Assembly (NCBI GenBank): GCA_950097015.1
Contig: CATNEN010000007.1
Span: forward strand, 2,542,001-2,606,000
Source of the DNA: Macrostomum hystrix
Taxonomy: Eukaryota > Animalia > Platyhelminthes
Direction: 5' to 3'
DNA: 64,000 bases
Shown piece by piece: positions 33,153 through 45,600 of the stretch (position 1 is its first letter; each line of letters starts with the position of its first letter). The notes beneath the pieces were generated by a model. The model saw nothing but the letters and a program-made list of their open reading frames with translations. It was not told the DNA's origin and made no database searches. A program made the position numbers and the translations under genes.

Positions 33153-34334
33153 TGGGATAGTGCTGACTTTTGCAAGCCTAACTGTTCCTGTTAGACGGCT
33201 AACACTTTATAACCTGAAAATAAAAGCAAAATGGTTGCAGAAACTCGCCATTTCAGAGACCGGTTAGTGCGTTTTTCAAGTAGGCTCCATGCAGACAGCT
33301 TTCTCATTGCAGATCTTCATCGATTTTCTGCGTATGGGGTTGGCCTTTTGGATTCGGGGGCGTTCGGGCTGGCATTGCTTCGCTGCTCACGAAGGAACAA
33401 GGCACAACGAATAACAGTGCCAGCTGCTTCAATGTCTCTTCTTCCGAAGTTGCGTTGTCAAAATGACTTTGCCCCATGGAAAAGGCTTTGACCTAAGATG
33501 TCTGCTTTTCGTAAAGCAGCCTTCACTGCAGTTTAGCTGAAAGCCTTGGTATGCCATATTATGGAAGATTGGTGAAGCCTCAGAAAATTGGTGTGCAGGA
33601 ATTCCCGCACTGAGCTGCTGGAGCTGCCATGGGCTTCTGAGAACAATAGGAAGCTTCTTGGCTGCGAAGTGCTGCAGCAGCTACCGCGGGACAGGAGAAG
33701 TATTACAGACTCAGACTGACCTTTACAAAACACTCGAATGCACTCGAATGCAGTATCATACAAAAAGACATGTGCCAGTGTCAGATTTTAGTTTTCATGT
33801 AAGCTTGCGATCAACTCGTGTTTGTTTTCAATTCATCTACTGATTTGCTTCATCAATAATTCGTCCGATTTCAGCTCAACCACTGAGATCAGGATGGACA
33901 TCCTAGATTTATCAGGACGATTAATTAAACCAGGCCTTTTTACCGGTGAAATGAAATGGAAAATGGCTTTAATGAAATTCAGTGTTATTACTAAGGTTTC
34001 ACATTTACCTTATTACTTACATCAGTAAGTATAACTTTAAAAAACAATAAAAATCTAAAAAAAAAGAAAATTACTAGCAAGAATGACAGCAACGTAAAAA
34101 TTCACTAACATGAGCATCGCACACAATATGCTGTGTATTTGAACTTTCTTCATTCATCAGTACGAGCTACATCAGTTGATAAAAAATAGCTAGTTTAACT
34201 TTTAAATGACGAAAAACAAAGGCATACATTTTTGTATGCAAAAAAGTTTACTTACAAGATTAAGCACTCACCTCAGGGACTCTGAATTCTTAATGCGCTC
34301 GAATCAAGCTGGTTTGATTGTGACATCAACTTAC

Positions 34335-36018
34335 CCGGCTCGCAGAGAACATTGAATACCGAATAGGTGGTGTAGGCGCCTGGATCCCACGCGATGGATG
34401 TCAGGCTGTACTGCGAGCCCGATTGGAACTCCCGCAGGGCCTGGTAGTTGTTGTTACTGCCAATCAGCAGAATGCGTTTACCGTTGCAGTTGCGTTCGGC
34501 CTCAGTATTAATCATGCGAAATGTGCAGCGTTGAAATGACGCAGAGTCCGGCGCTTGAGACAAAGCTAGAGATTGGGACATGCACAGATAGTAGCCAGGG
34601 TTGGAGTAGGACAGCAGCGAAAATGAATCTGGATCTCCGTTCAGACTCGGCTGTTCGATGAGCAGAATGCTGGACGACTCATTTGTCTGGCACAGCTGGT
34701 TCGGCTGACACGTCACGAACCTGCCACCGGACGACATTCCCAAACGCAGCTGCGACGATGGACACCGGTTCGTGACTGAAAGAGGGACAGGAGAGTCAAG
34801 TTATTAGCCTTATATGCTGTTAAACAGATCAATATTTTGGGTTCAAGCATAGGAAAAGTTAAGTTATCTACAAAAAAATGATTTGAACTTAAGGTAACAG
34901 AAGGCTCAATGAACAAACGAACTTTGCGTTCAATTTCGTTAATTGCGAGCCTATAGCACTGCTAATAAGAAATTTAACTACGAGTGTAAATTGATTGATT
35001 TCGCTTGTACTGCATTCTGCAGCTTCTACTGCATTCCTTGTGAGAATTCTGAGTTTCTAGTTATTACAAATACAGAATCTCCTTTGAGTGAAATATTTCA
35101 TCCATTGAAAGCCAAGTCGCCAGGGACTTTCGCAACCACAGAATTTAAGTGTGTAGCAGCAGGTGGTGCCACTAGTTGAAGGTCCGGAAGCTCCGCCCAG
35201 GTAAAGGCCAGTAGACACCTAAGGCTGAGATAATGCAGACACATGCGGTACACAAGCAGATGACGCTGGTTCAGTGCTGGTTGCAAAAGCAACAGAGCAC
35301 GGGTCTTTAGAGTTTTATGGGCCTGCGTCGCTCCGTTCAGACTCATCAAAAATATTTCACGTGGAATTACCTCCCCATGGTAATGATAAGACTACTGTTT
35401 AGTATTCTAGAACTGCGAAAGACAAAGCGAGAGATACGAGCTACCTACACGCAGCGCACTGGAAGGACAAGGCAGAGTCACTTCGGAAAACATTGTCAGG
35501 AGAGCTGAAATCCGTGCTGATCATGTTGAACCCCGAGTGCCTCAGTCTGGATGAAGCGAATTCGTTCGGGCTGATGCGCCAGTGGTTGCAGAACTCCGAC
35601 GCCTCAATTCTGAAGCTTGCGCGTTGATTGGAGGTAATTGACGATTTTACATACAAACCGTCAGCTTCCAAATACAGGTAATATCCCGGTCGCTGGCTGT
35701 CAGCTATTGACACGGATCCGGCTGTTCCATCCAGAGGATTTCGGAAAGACATCTGCAGTCGAGGGTTGCTGATGGACTGAGAGATCCTCACTTTATTGCT
35801 GGCATCGTAAGTCCAAAAGTGGTTTGAGTATGGTCCATAGGGAATGATGAGGAAGCTGCTGCAGGTGATGTTCTGAGCTGACACTGGAAATAGAGTTTAA
35901 GTTCATTCGATAATTACAAGCAGCAAGGATTTAGATTGGAATGCCTTCGCTTACCTGAGACAGTGCCAAACAATATTAAGGTACCGGCTATGGTAAGAAG
36001 ATGCGCATTCGGAGTCAT
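34335..36018 (-). CDS. Secreted double AbfB/CBM42-like protein, copy 3 (3' end unresolved)
   Basis: Exons 36018-35955 (MTPNAHLLTIAGTLILFGTVS), 35883-35449 and 34775-34335, with the same phases as copies 1 and 2. Confidence 0.7.
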
Positions 36019-37312
36019 TGCTTTCCAGTGTTGAAAAAGACTCAAAGTCAGAGGGAAATTTTTAAGAGAAGTTGAAGCAAACGGAGCGGGAAGCCTTTTA
36101 CGTGGTCCGAGTAAAGTTGTTTGAAAGGCGCAAGAAACTTCATTGATTTCCTGCATATTTTATGGCCAATTTGCATCCAATACAAAATGGTTTGGTGGAA
36201 AGCAATTAGCCAGATGCTTAGTTACTTCACAGCAACGTTCTCTAAATTTCTAGTAGGGCCGTTTATTTGCTGGAAAAAAGCCTGTTTAGGAGGCTTTAGC
36301 CGACCATAGTATTGAGGAGTCGGTATTTAAAGCATGTGTGGAACTATTTCTCGCTTAGTGTCTCATAGGCGGAATGATACGGGCAGCGACTAAAAGACAT
36401 CGAAAACTGTGTATTACTAAATTCTAGTTGCTGAAATGAGATTGGAAAATTACCAAACTAAAAAAAATTATGAAAGAATTCCAAAAAAACGGGAAGGAAA
36501 GTAAATCCACGAAGAGTGGTCTCAAACAGCTAAACTAAGGAATGCGGTCAAACCTTCCACTGAACAACCCCGGAATAACAGCTGGCCAGATGGCAGGCTC
36601 AAGTGTTTTTATTTTAAACAGAGACGCCATACATGCACACAGTTATTATTTTATTTTGGATTCATTTTAATCCTCGCTACAGAGTTCAGTCATTCAGCTC
36701 TGACTCCAAATCAATAGCAATGGCGTGGCGGAGGTCTTACCAATGCTAAGCCTTTGCATTACTCCCATTGCCAAGAATGCGAAATGCATTGAGAAACTAC
36801 ACAGGTCTAAGCACGCACACCCGCCTCTTAATCCCCCGCCCCAACCCGGCCAGGGTGCTGCAATCGTCATACGCAGGGAATTGAGGCCATACCACGCGGC
36901 ACAATACTGTCCTATCCGCTAAGCGAATATGGAAGCTTGCGAGTAACTTCTTCAACAGGCCTTGGATACACGACTCGCGAGTATAGGATAATGGATCGGG
37001 AGAAAGAGAGTACAATCTGAGTACAATCTGGTCTGAGCCGTTGACATGAATGCATGCGTGCAACTTGGGCTGGTTTTGAGAGGTTGCTGAGTGTCCCGCG
37101 GAGCTCAGAAAGATTTGATCATAAGCAAACGCTGGGGACACAAAACTCATAGGCTAGTTCTGCTTTCAATGCTGAAATTTACCCAGTGGTGGCAGCTCGA
37201 ACACACTCACACAGCACCTGCAGCAGTGCAAACCTCGCTGCCACCTTACATTAGAGTGTGCAGGTAAAAATAAATTTGGAAAGCCGTAGGCAGAGAGAAA
37301 AATACTGCAGGA

Positions 37313-40300
37313 ATGCCGATCGACTGTGGTGAAGCACTGCAGAGTTTCGGCCGGAAGCTGCTGCGAAAGAAGAGTCTAGCAGAGGCTCGGTCCTTGGAGA
37401 CACCTCTGGACAGGTGCTTGACTGTATGGCACCTGCTCTTCTATGCCATTGCGCAAATGGCTGGCGCTGGAGTCTATGTGCTCACAGGAGCAGTGGTTAA
37501 GAGCAACGCTGGTAAGTTTGTTTTAAGGTCAGGAGGTCTAATTCGTTGTTGTTAAACCACCATATAGAAATCCATCGCGCCAGATTCGATGTATGACTTG
37601 ATGCTTTCCTTGTAATAAAATAACTTCTTACTTTGTAGTCTTTGGTCGGTATTCGATGTGTTAACGTGGAGTTAACGAAGGCCAATCATAGCTCACAACT
37701 GTCTTTTTCTCTGTTTATCACTCTGGTGGGACTCTAGCGCACTGCGGCTTTGCGGTCACTCCTCTTCAGGTTAGTGCAGCTGGACTTATTCGCCAGACAC
37801 TAACAGGAGTCGAACCCGAGAACGCATGCATGGAATATCCTGAGTCTACAGGGAGTCGAACCCCTATAACGCAAGACAATCTCCAATCAACAGATATGAG
37901 ACCGTGTCCGGTCTTCCCAACAATGAATTAAATTACTGGCAAGATAGCTGGCGAGCTCTCCTGACTCAACATTTAGGAGGCTTACTGCAGGTTTCGCTTG
38001 TGAAGAGTCGATGGCTCAAAAAGTTGCTTGTAATTATAGTTTTTTTTCGAGGGAACCACTTTTCTTTAAAGATCCTCTTCCTTTGAAGAGTGTTGATGGG
38101 TTTGACAGGCGGCTGTCCAGGTGTCAAGGTTGACACTTGTACTTAGTGACCCATTATTTGTCGGCATTTTCCTTTGATCTTAGCATGATTGAGTGACAGG
38201 TGATTAAGTTTAAAGTTTCCTGATGATCGGAGGATCCAGTGGAAGTCAGAGTTTGAGGCAATGGCCTTTGACTCGAGCAGCGATGAGCATATTGCAAGCT
38301 GTTCAGCTGTTCAGCTGTTGTACCTGGCTCCATCTCCCACTGCAGGCCCGGGCGCATTCATCAGCTACATTATCTGCGGAGTTGCCTCACTATTCACTGG
38401 TCTCTGCTACGTTGAATTCGCAACTCTGGTACCGAAGGCTGGCAGCTGTTACACCTACACTTACCTGATGCTGGGCGAACTGCCAGCATTCATTGTCGGC
38501 TGGACAATGCTGTCGGACTACATCATTGGTATGGCTTCGGTTGCCAAGGCGTTCAGCGGTACGGTGGACGCCCTCAGTAATCACACAGTCAGCGGTTTCT
38601 TCAAGCAGCATATGGGCTCATTCCATCACGGCACGTCCCAGGTGAGAAAGGCCACACGCAGTGACATATTGATCTGGTCTGGTAGCTGGTCTGGTCTGGT
38701 GGTAAAATTCAATTCTGATCCCTCAAGCATTCTGCGCAGGTCAAAATGACGGTTCTCAAACTCCATTCGCTCTCAGATGCTCGAAAGGGGATAAGTTAAC
38801 GCGTTTTCCTCTCCCAAGGTCCTTGAGCTCGATTCCGCGGCGAGGCCACATTGATTATAAGGGGTAGGCTAGGGGCTAGTCGTGCAATTTACGCCCTGGA
38901 GGGCCAACCTCCAAGGCACAGTGAGAGTGTACACAACTGTGTGAGCGTGTGCTCAGGAGTCAGCGGAATGGGCAGATGTACACAACTGTGTGAACGTGTG
39001 CTCAGGAGTCAGCGGAATGGGCAGATGTACACAACTGTGTGAACGTGTGCTCAGGAGTCAGCGGAATGGGCAGATGTACACAACTGTGTGAACGTGTGCT
39101 CAGGAGTCAGCGGAATGGGCAGATGTACACAACTGTGTGAACGTGTGCTCAGGAGTCAGCGGAATGGGCAGATGTACACAACTGTGTGAACGTGTGCTCA
39201 GGAGTCAGCGGAATGGGCAGATGTACACAACTGTGTGAACGTGTGCTCAGGAGTCAGCGGAATGGGCAGATGTACACAACTGTGTGAACGTGTGCTCAGG
39301 AGTCAGCGGAATGGGCAGATGTACACAACTGTGTGAGCGCGTGCTCAGGAGTCAGCGGAATGTGCAGAATTGCCTCCTCGCTGGCTGCGGGTCTAGTGTC
39401 ACGAAATGGTGTGCCATAGCGCGCAGCCCTCCTGCAATTATTATTATTAGGTGCTCGACGAGACGTGGGACTTTGTCGCAGTGGCTCTAATCCTGGCGCT
39501 AATGCTGCTCGTGGTGGCCGGAGCCAACTTCTCGCTGTCGGTGAACATCGGCCTGAGCGTGGCTCAGCTCCTCTGCCTCACAATCGTAGCTGTGGCTGCC
39601 TTTGTCTACGGCAGCGCGGCGAACTGGACGGCCGGAGGCGGCTTCTTTCCCTACGGCTTCTCAGGCGTGATCCAGGGCGCCACAATTGCCATCTTTGCCT
39701 ACGCGGGCTTCGAAGGCGTCAGCAACGCGGCTGAGGAATCCCAGAATCCACGCCGTGATCTCCCCATAGCGCTGCTGGGCAGCCTCGGCATCATCGCCGT
39801 TTTGTACATCACTGCCTGCCTCGGCATCTCCTACCTGGAGCCGTACTACGAGCTGGACGTAACCTCACCGTTCGTGTCGGCATTCAGCAGGCGCGGTGCC
39901 TACTGGGCCGAGGGCTTCGCTGCCGCCGGCACCCTGCTAGCCACCGGAGCGACTAAACTGGCATCAATGTACGTCATTCCTAGAATGGCCTACTCAATGG
40001 CCAGCGATGGAATTATCATGGGCTGCTTTGCCAAAGTCGACGAGCGAGTTCGCGTGCCCCTGGCTGGCCTGTTCTTTGGCGCCATTCTCTCCGCCGTCCT
40101 GGCTCTGTTCTTCAGGCTGGAGTTCCTGGCTGACATGGTCAGCATGGGCATCCTGCTGTCCTACTGCGCCGTTGGCCTGGACCTGTTCATACTGCGCTAC
40201 CTGCACTTTGCTTCGGGTGATAAGGTATCGATGGGGTAGGGTCACCAAGAATTTCAAACTGCGAGTATAACCAACATCATCGAATGGTGGGGAGTGGCAG

Positions 40301-41383
40301 AGCGGTATAACGCGTTTGCCTCTCGCACCAAGGTCCCTGAGTTCGATTCCGCGACGAGGCCACATTCATTTGGGGCGCAGCCGCGGAGAGAAGGCTTGGG
40401 GGCTTGTCGTGCACTTTACGCCCATGACGTCGAACCTCTTAGGTACAATTTTAGGTAATATTCTTTGTCTGCTCAAAAACTTTCAAGGCACCCCTGCGAG
40501 ACTGGGCCTCCGGTCGGCTGTCCGACACCCTGCCTTGGCTTGGCACCCATCAGGGCCTGAAGCGTCTACTAGCCGGATTTGTCGTCGCCAGTTTTCTGTG
40601 CGGCGGCGTCGTCGACTACGCAATGCCGCAGCTGACCTGGTGGTCCTGGACGCTCGGCTGTGTCAGCCTGCTGGCTGTCATGATAACTGGTGCCCTTCTG
40701 TGCGCCTACGAGCCGCATACTGTGCCAGAGATGTACGAGTCTCCGCTGAACCCGCTGTCACCGCTCACCACCATCTTTATTAACGCCACCATGATTGTCA
40801 AAATGCAATTCTACACCTGGCTGAGATTTCTGTTCTGGATTGGAATTGGTGAGCTAATAGTACATAGAAATAGTACATAGATGAATTTTTGTACGTCCAT
40901 TTAGTCCATGGACAGCGGAGACTCCGCACCCACCCTTTAATGCTCCAACTGATGCTGGTACCCATTAATCAGCTGGGTGAACTAAAGCAATGCAGAGTTA
41001 AGCATCTTGCTAAAGGACACATATTGTTCCAATGAAGTCAGTGAAATCGAACTCCCGACCTTTAAGTCGTGATTCCGACGCTGTAACCACTAGGCGTCTA
41101 CCCCCTATTAAACAGTTGTACAAGCGTTTGAAAGTGCCAGGTGCAAAAGCATTTAATCGATTCCTTTCACACCTTCATCTATATCATCGTCCTATTATTT
41201 CCAGGCCTGATTTTGTACTTTTCCTACGGCATCCGGCACAGCACCGCCCTGGAGGATGGAGACGCGGGCGCCGGAGCCGGTGGCGACTACGTCAGTTTGG
41301 ACGAAAAGCCGGAGAAAAATAACGACACAAGCAAAGTCGGTGCGGACGACGAGAAACTGCCCGTACTGGCCGGGCCAATTTAA
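37313..41383 (+). CDS. SLC7 cationic amino acid transporter (CAT/APC family), 602 aa
   Basis: Exons 37313-37511, 38346-38641, 39451-40224, 40488-40848 and 41205-41383, all phase-consistent. Motifs GAGVYVLTG, GLCYVEFATLVPKAGSCYTY, FAYAGFE..AEESQNPRRDLP, PRMAYSMASDG, TWLRFLFW and YFSYGIRHS. Confidence 0.95.
38790..39450 (+). mobile_element. SINE with an internal 49-bp segment amplified about 9 times, in SLC7 intron 2
   Basis: SINE head and body 38790-38930, tandem GTACACAACTGTGTGAACGTGTGCTCAGGAGTCAGCGGAATGGGCAGAT 38929-39365, then the SINE 3' end with an (ATT)n tail ending at the acceptor AG. Confidence 0.85.
40292..40432 (+). mobile_element. tRNA-derived SINE 5' part in SLC7 intron 3
   Basis: GTGGCAGAGCGGT...GAGTTCGATTCCGCGACGAGGCCAC matches the family. 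Confidence 0.8.
40920..41095 (-). mobile_element. Second tRNA-headed SINE-like element in SLC7 intron 4
   Basis: Minus strand reads GCCTAGTGGTT...GGGAGTTCGATT followed by GTGTCCTTTAGCAAGATGCTTAAC, a CORE/V-like motif. A related head lies near 43235-43290. Confidence 0.5.
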
Positions 41384-42670
41384 TAATCGTCTATGGGTCG
41401 AGCCGAGCAGCAATTAGTCCATTAAATATTATAATCCCCACTTGAAATCGTTGTCTATGGCCTAGAACGGCTTTATACTGCGCTTCTAGGCAAAGAAACT
41501 AAAGAAACGACACTGCAGTTTAAGACGCTGTCGAATTGCTACTTCTAGCCTCATTTTCTATGGTAGAAATCGACCAAGAGATATGAGGCCTTAATGTACT
41601 TTCTTTCAGGGCAAGCGTTCCTTAACTCAGAAATTGATCGATTCGTATTAAAATCAACAAAGCATAATCACAAAGTCTTAAAAAATTCTCCGGCTAAATG
41701 AACTTTAACAAATGGCCGTTCTTATAAATCGGCATAATATTTGCTTATTTAATCTGAAATTAAAACAGAACACATTTTATTTTGCGTTAACTGTTTTCTG
41801 CTTACTGAATTTAGCGCTGGAAAAGAATTGTCTTATTCCCTTCGGTGAAATTCTACAAGTGTATGTTGTACTTATTTTTTTCTTGTAACTTAACTCCACT
41901 TTTTGCTATATCCTAATTATTTAAAAAAATACAAGTCAATCAATTATAGACAGGAAAAACATCATAAAATATATACTCGATTATCATTCCGGGTGTATCT
42001 TTATATTAATTAGTAAATAAAAAATGAAGACGTTTTTAGTTCAAAAATTTATTTTTATATGCAATTCGCAAACGCTTCTTATTCAGAGGAAAATGATAAA
42101 ATAGAACAAATGAAGACTTTGTGCATACTCTTGCATGCTCAGCTGTAGTTTGGGTCTATTTAAGGCGAGAAAAATATTTTAGAACGATTACAATTGATTT
42201 CAGAATTCAGAAGCGAAACAAACGAAATTCTGCCCTGAAACTAAAAAATTTAAATTTATAGTTTTCATTAAAACTAATTTCCGATTTTTTATCGAAGCTC
42301 TGAAAGTCTAAATTAAATTACCGGCTTATGTAACGAATGAATTTGTTAAATTTGAAATTCATTTGAAAATGGACTTTATGTATATTCCGGTAATTCATTT
42401 TTTATATGGTCATTAGTCTCAGGAAAATACTCAATTATATACATGTACAAGCTGCATAAAATAAGAGATCCAGGAGCAGAAGAAGGTTGAGAAAAAAGTG
42501 CGGGAAGGTATCTACAGGTACAGCCAGTAGCGAGCTTTCAAGATCAACGAGTCTTCAATTGTCAGAATAAGTCCACTAATGAAAATGCAACTCTCGTATT
42601 TCTAATGCGATTTCAAATGAATATTATTTTGACGTGAGAATGTCGGTGAGTTTCTCAGCTGATTCCACTG

Positions 42671-45600
42671 TCATCGATGTCCAAGACGTCTGCGATGTCG
42701 CGACCTCCTGTCGGGATCTACAGTCAGATCGGCAGCCATGCCGGTTGGAATTCTGAATGGAATGATGGAATGAACACTGTGCTCAATATATTTACGTACT
42801 AATCAGTACTGTGTACAGACCTCGCAGTCTGTGTACCAGCTGTTCAGTCCACGGACTGGGGGACTGGGTGAACTGAAGCATTAATAATACTAATAATATT
42901 TTCAAAAGGGCAGGTGACACTAGATCCGCAGCCTGCGAGGAGGCAATTCTGCCCATTTCGCTGACTCCTGAGCACACACGCACACAGATACCGTACCCAG
43001 GCACACACTCATACAGGTTGTGCATCTGCACTGACTTTTCTTATCTTAAAGATAAGAAATTTGGGACTCAAGGGCGTAAATTGCACGACAAATCCCCAAA
43101 AGTCTTCTCTCATCCTTGGCCTCGCCACGGAATAGAGCTCAGGTAATCTTGGTGCGAGAGGCAAACGCGTTTGACCGCTCTGCAACCATCCGAACTGAAA
43201 CACTGAGAAATGAAGACCCAATTTTTTTCCTCAAGCTGAGATTCGAACTCCCGACATGTCGGTCAGAAGCATGGAGTTCCAACCACTAGGGCTAAAAGCT
43301 TGTTTGTGTCGGCCACTATTCCCTACTTATAGAGCAGCAGAGATTTACCTGAACGGCGAGTGCGGTCTGAACACAACAATGAGAACAAATCTCAGAAAGC
43401 TGATCTGGCAGGTGCCCTAAAATTTGTATGCGACATGAAACTCTTATCACTTATATTCTAACCATATTACTGAAGGTCAGTAGAATGCGGCGCACCTTGT
43501 ACAAACAGGTAAGGTTGTTGTTTAGAGAAAAGCAGCGAGCCACGTGACTCCAGAAGGCTTCCATCGCTCGGTGACTCGTCACCCGGGCCGTTAGAATTAG
43601 AGACGGCAGCGTCTGGAGGTGAGATCATGTTTCACTGATTGAGGGCTGACTATGAGCACCATGTCTAACTGTGAGCACCATGTTTAACTATGAGCACCAT
43701 GTCTAACTGTGAGCACCATGTCTAACTGTGAGCACCATGTCTAACTGTGAGCACCATGTCTAACTGTGAGCACCATGTCTAACTGTGAGCACCATGTCTA
43801 ACTGTGAGCACCATGTCTAACTGTGAGCACCATGTCTAACTGTGAGCACCATGTCTAACAGGTGAACCAATCATTCCATGCCTCACCAAGTTCTGTTTGG
43901 AAGCCAGAGAAGTTGCAGTCAGTACTGCGGTGTGACACTTTCTAGCGAATTGAGCATTCAGACTGATCGACCGGTCGATGAGACTTTGCAGCCGACTGTC
44001 GTAGTTCATTTGAGCATTCCTGAATTGTGATAAAGTAGCTATTATATTGAGAATTTCAAAACTCAAAACATGAAACTATATCGGTCATAACGGAAAGACT
44101 CAAATCGGTCATGAAGGATAGACTAAAATTGGTCATGAATAATCGACTCAAATTGGTCATGAATAATAGACTCAAATCGGTCATGAATAATAGACTCAAA
44201 TTGGTCATGAATAATAGACTCAAATCGGTCATGAATAATAGAATCAAATTGGTCATGAATAAAAGACTCAAATCGGTCATGAAGGATAGACTCAAATCGG
44301 TCATGAAGGATAGACTCAAATCGGTCATGACAGGTAGTTCAGAATAGGTCAAAAGGGAGTGACGGTCACCAGCTCACTGGTCAATGATGAACTCCGTATC
44401 CGTAGTTCGATAAGTCGGCCTGAGCCTATCGATGAGTCTCAGCGACTGGCTGTAGACAAATGCCCGACTGAGTGCCGGCCTGAGGCAGTAGCGGCTGGGA
44501 CCCATCGCACTGGTTAGGAAGGCAGCCAAATCCACTGGCTGAAATTGGTTTTGTTTGCTGAGTAATTGGAATATTTGAGGTCAGAATGGTCTTGAAGAAA
44601 TGGCGGAGAGAAATGGAAGGGGAGAAAATGTGGGGAGAAACGGAAAAGAAAAACGGGGGGGGAGAAATGGAGGGAAGGATCGGGGGTAGAAATAAAGAGG
44701 AAATGGAGGGGAGAAACGGAGGGGAGAAATGGAGGGGAGAAATTGAGGGGAGAAACGGAGGGGAGAAATAGAGGGGAGAAATGGAAGGGAGAAAAGAGGG
44801 GCGAGAAATGGAGAGAAGTAAATGAAGTAGCAGAAATAGAAGGGAAAAAGGAGTGGAGATGGAGGGGGAGAATTGGAGGGTGAGAATTGGAGGGGGAATT
44901 TGAATGGGGAGAATTGGAGGGGGAATTTGAGGGGGGAGAATTAGAGGGGGAATTTGAGGGGGGAATTGGAGAGGGAATTGGAGGGGGAATTTGAGGGGGG
45001 AATTGGAGGGAGAATTGGAGGGTACAAAAGGATCGGTAAATTTGAAGATCGGGGGCTTTAGCTAAGTAAGTAAATGACAGGAATTAAGGTGAACAAATTG
45101 AGGTTCGGCGACATGGCAGCTTAGCTAGGGGGCGGCACAGGTTAGAAGGTTGAAAACACGTTTACCCTCACCCCTTCGGGCCACTGCTCGCTGAGTTGCG
45201 TCTCCCAGGCCGATCGTCTGACAGCCAGCACCTTCAGCGGCACCAGCTGGGTCCGGTGCAGCTCGCCCGGGTCCGCCGTGGTGTGCGTGAACGACTGCGA
45301 CGGGATGTCAGAGACGGGATCGTCCGGATAGAGGTGGGCAACTGGATTCTTGGGAAATCTTATGGGATAACTCTCTGGGTCTCATGGGATATCTGGCTAG
45401 ATCTCATGGGCAATCTCACTGGATCTCATGGGCAATCTCACTGGATCTCATGAGCAATCTCACTGGTTTCGTGGGATATCTCACTGGATCTCATGGGATA
45501 TCTCACTGGATCTCATGGGCAATCTCACTGGATCTCATGAGCAATCTCACTGGGCTTCGTGGGATATCTCACTGGATCTCATGGGATATCTCACTGGATC

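Noticed and set aside
36800-36920. QGAAIVIRREL segment resembling a LINE endonuclease motif
   Set aside because: Too short and isolated to call.
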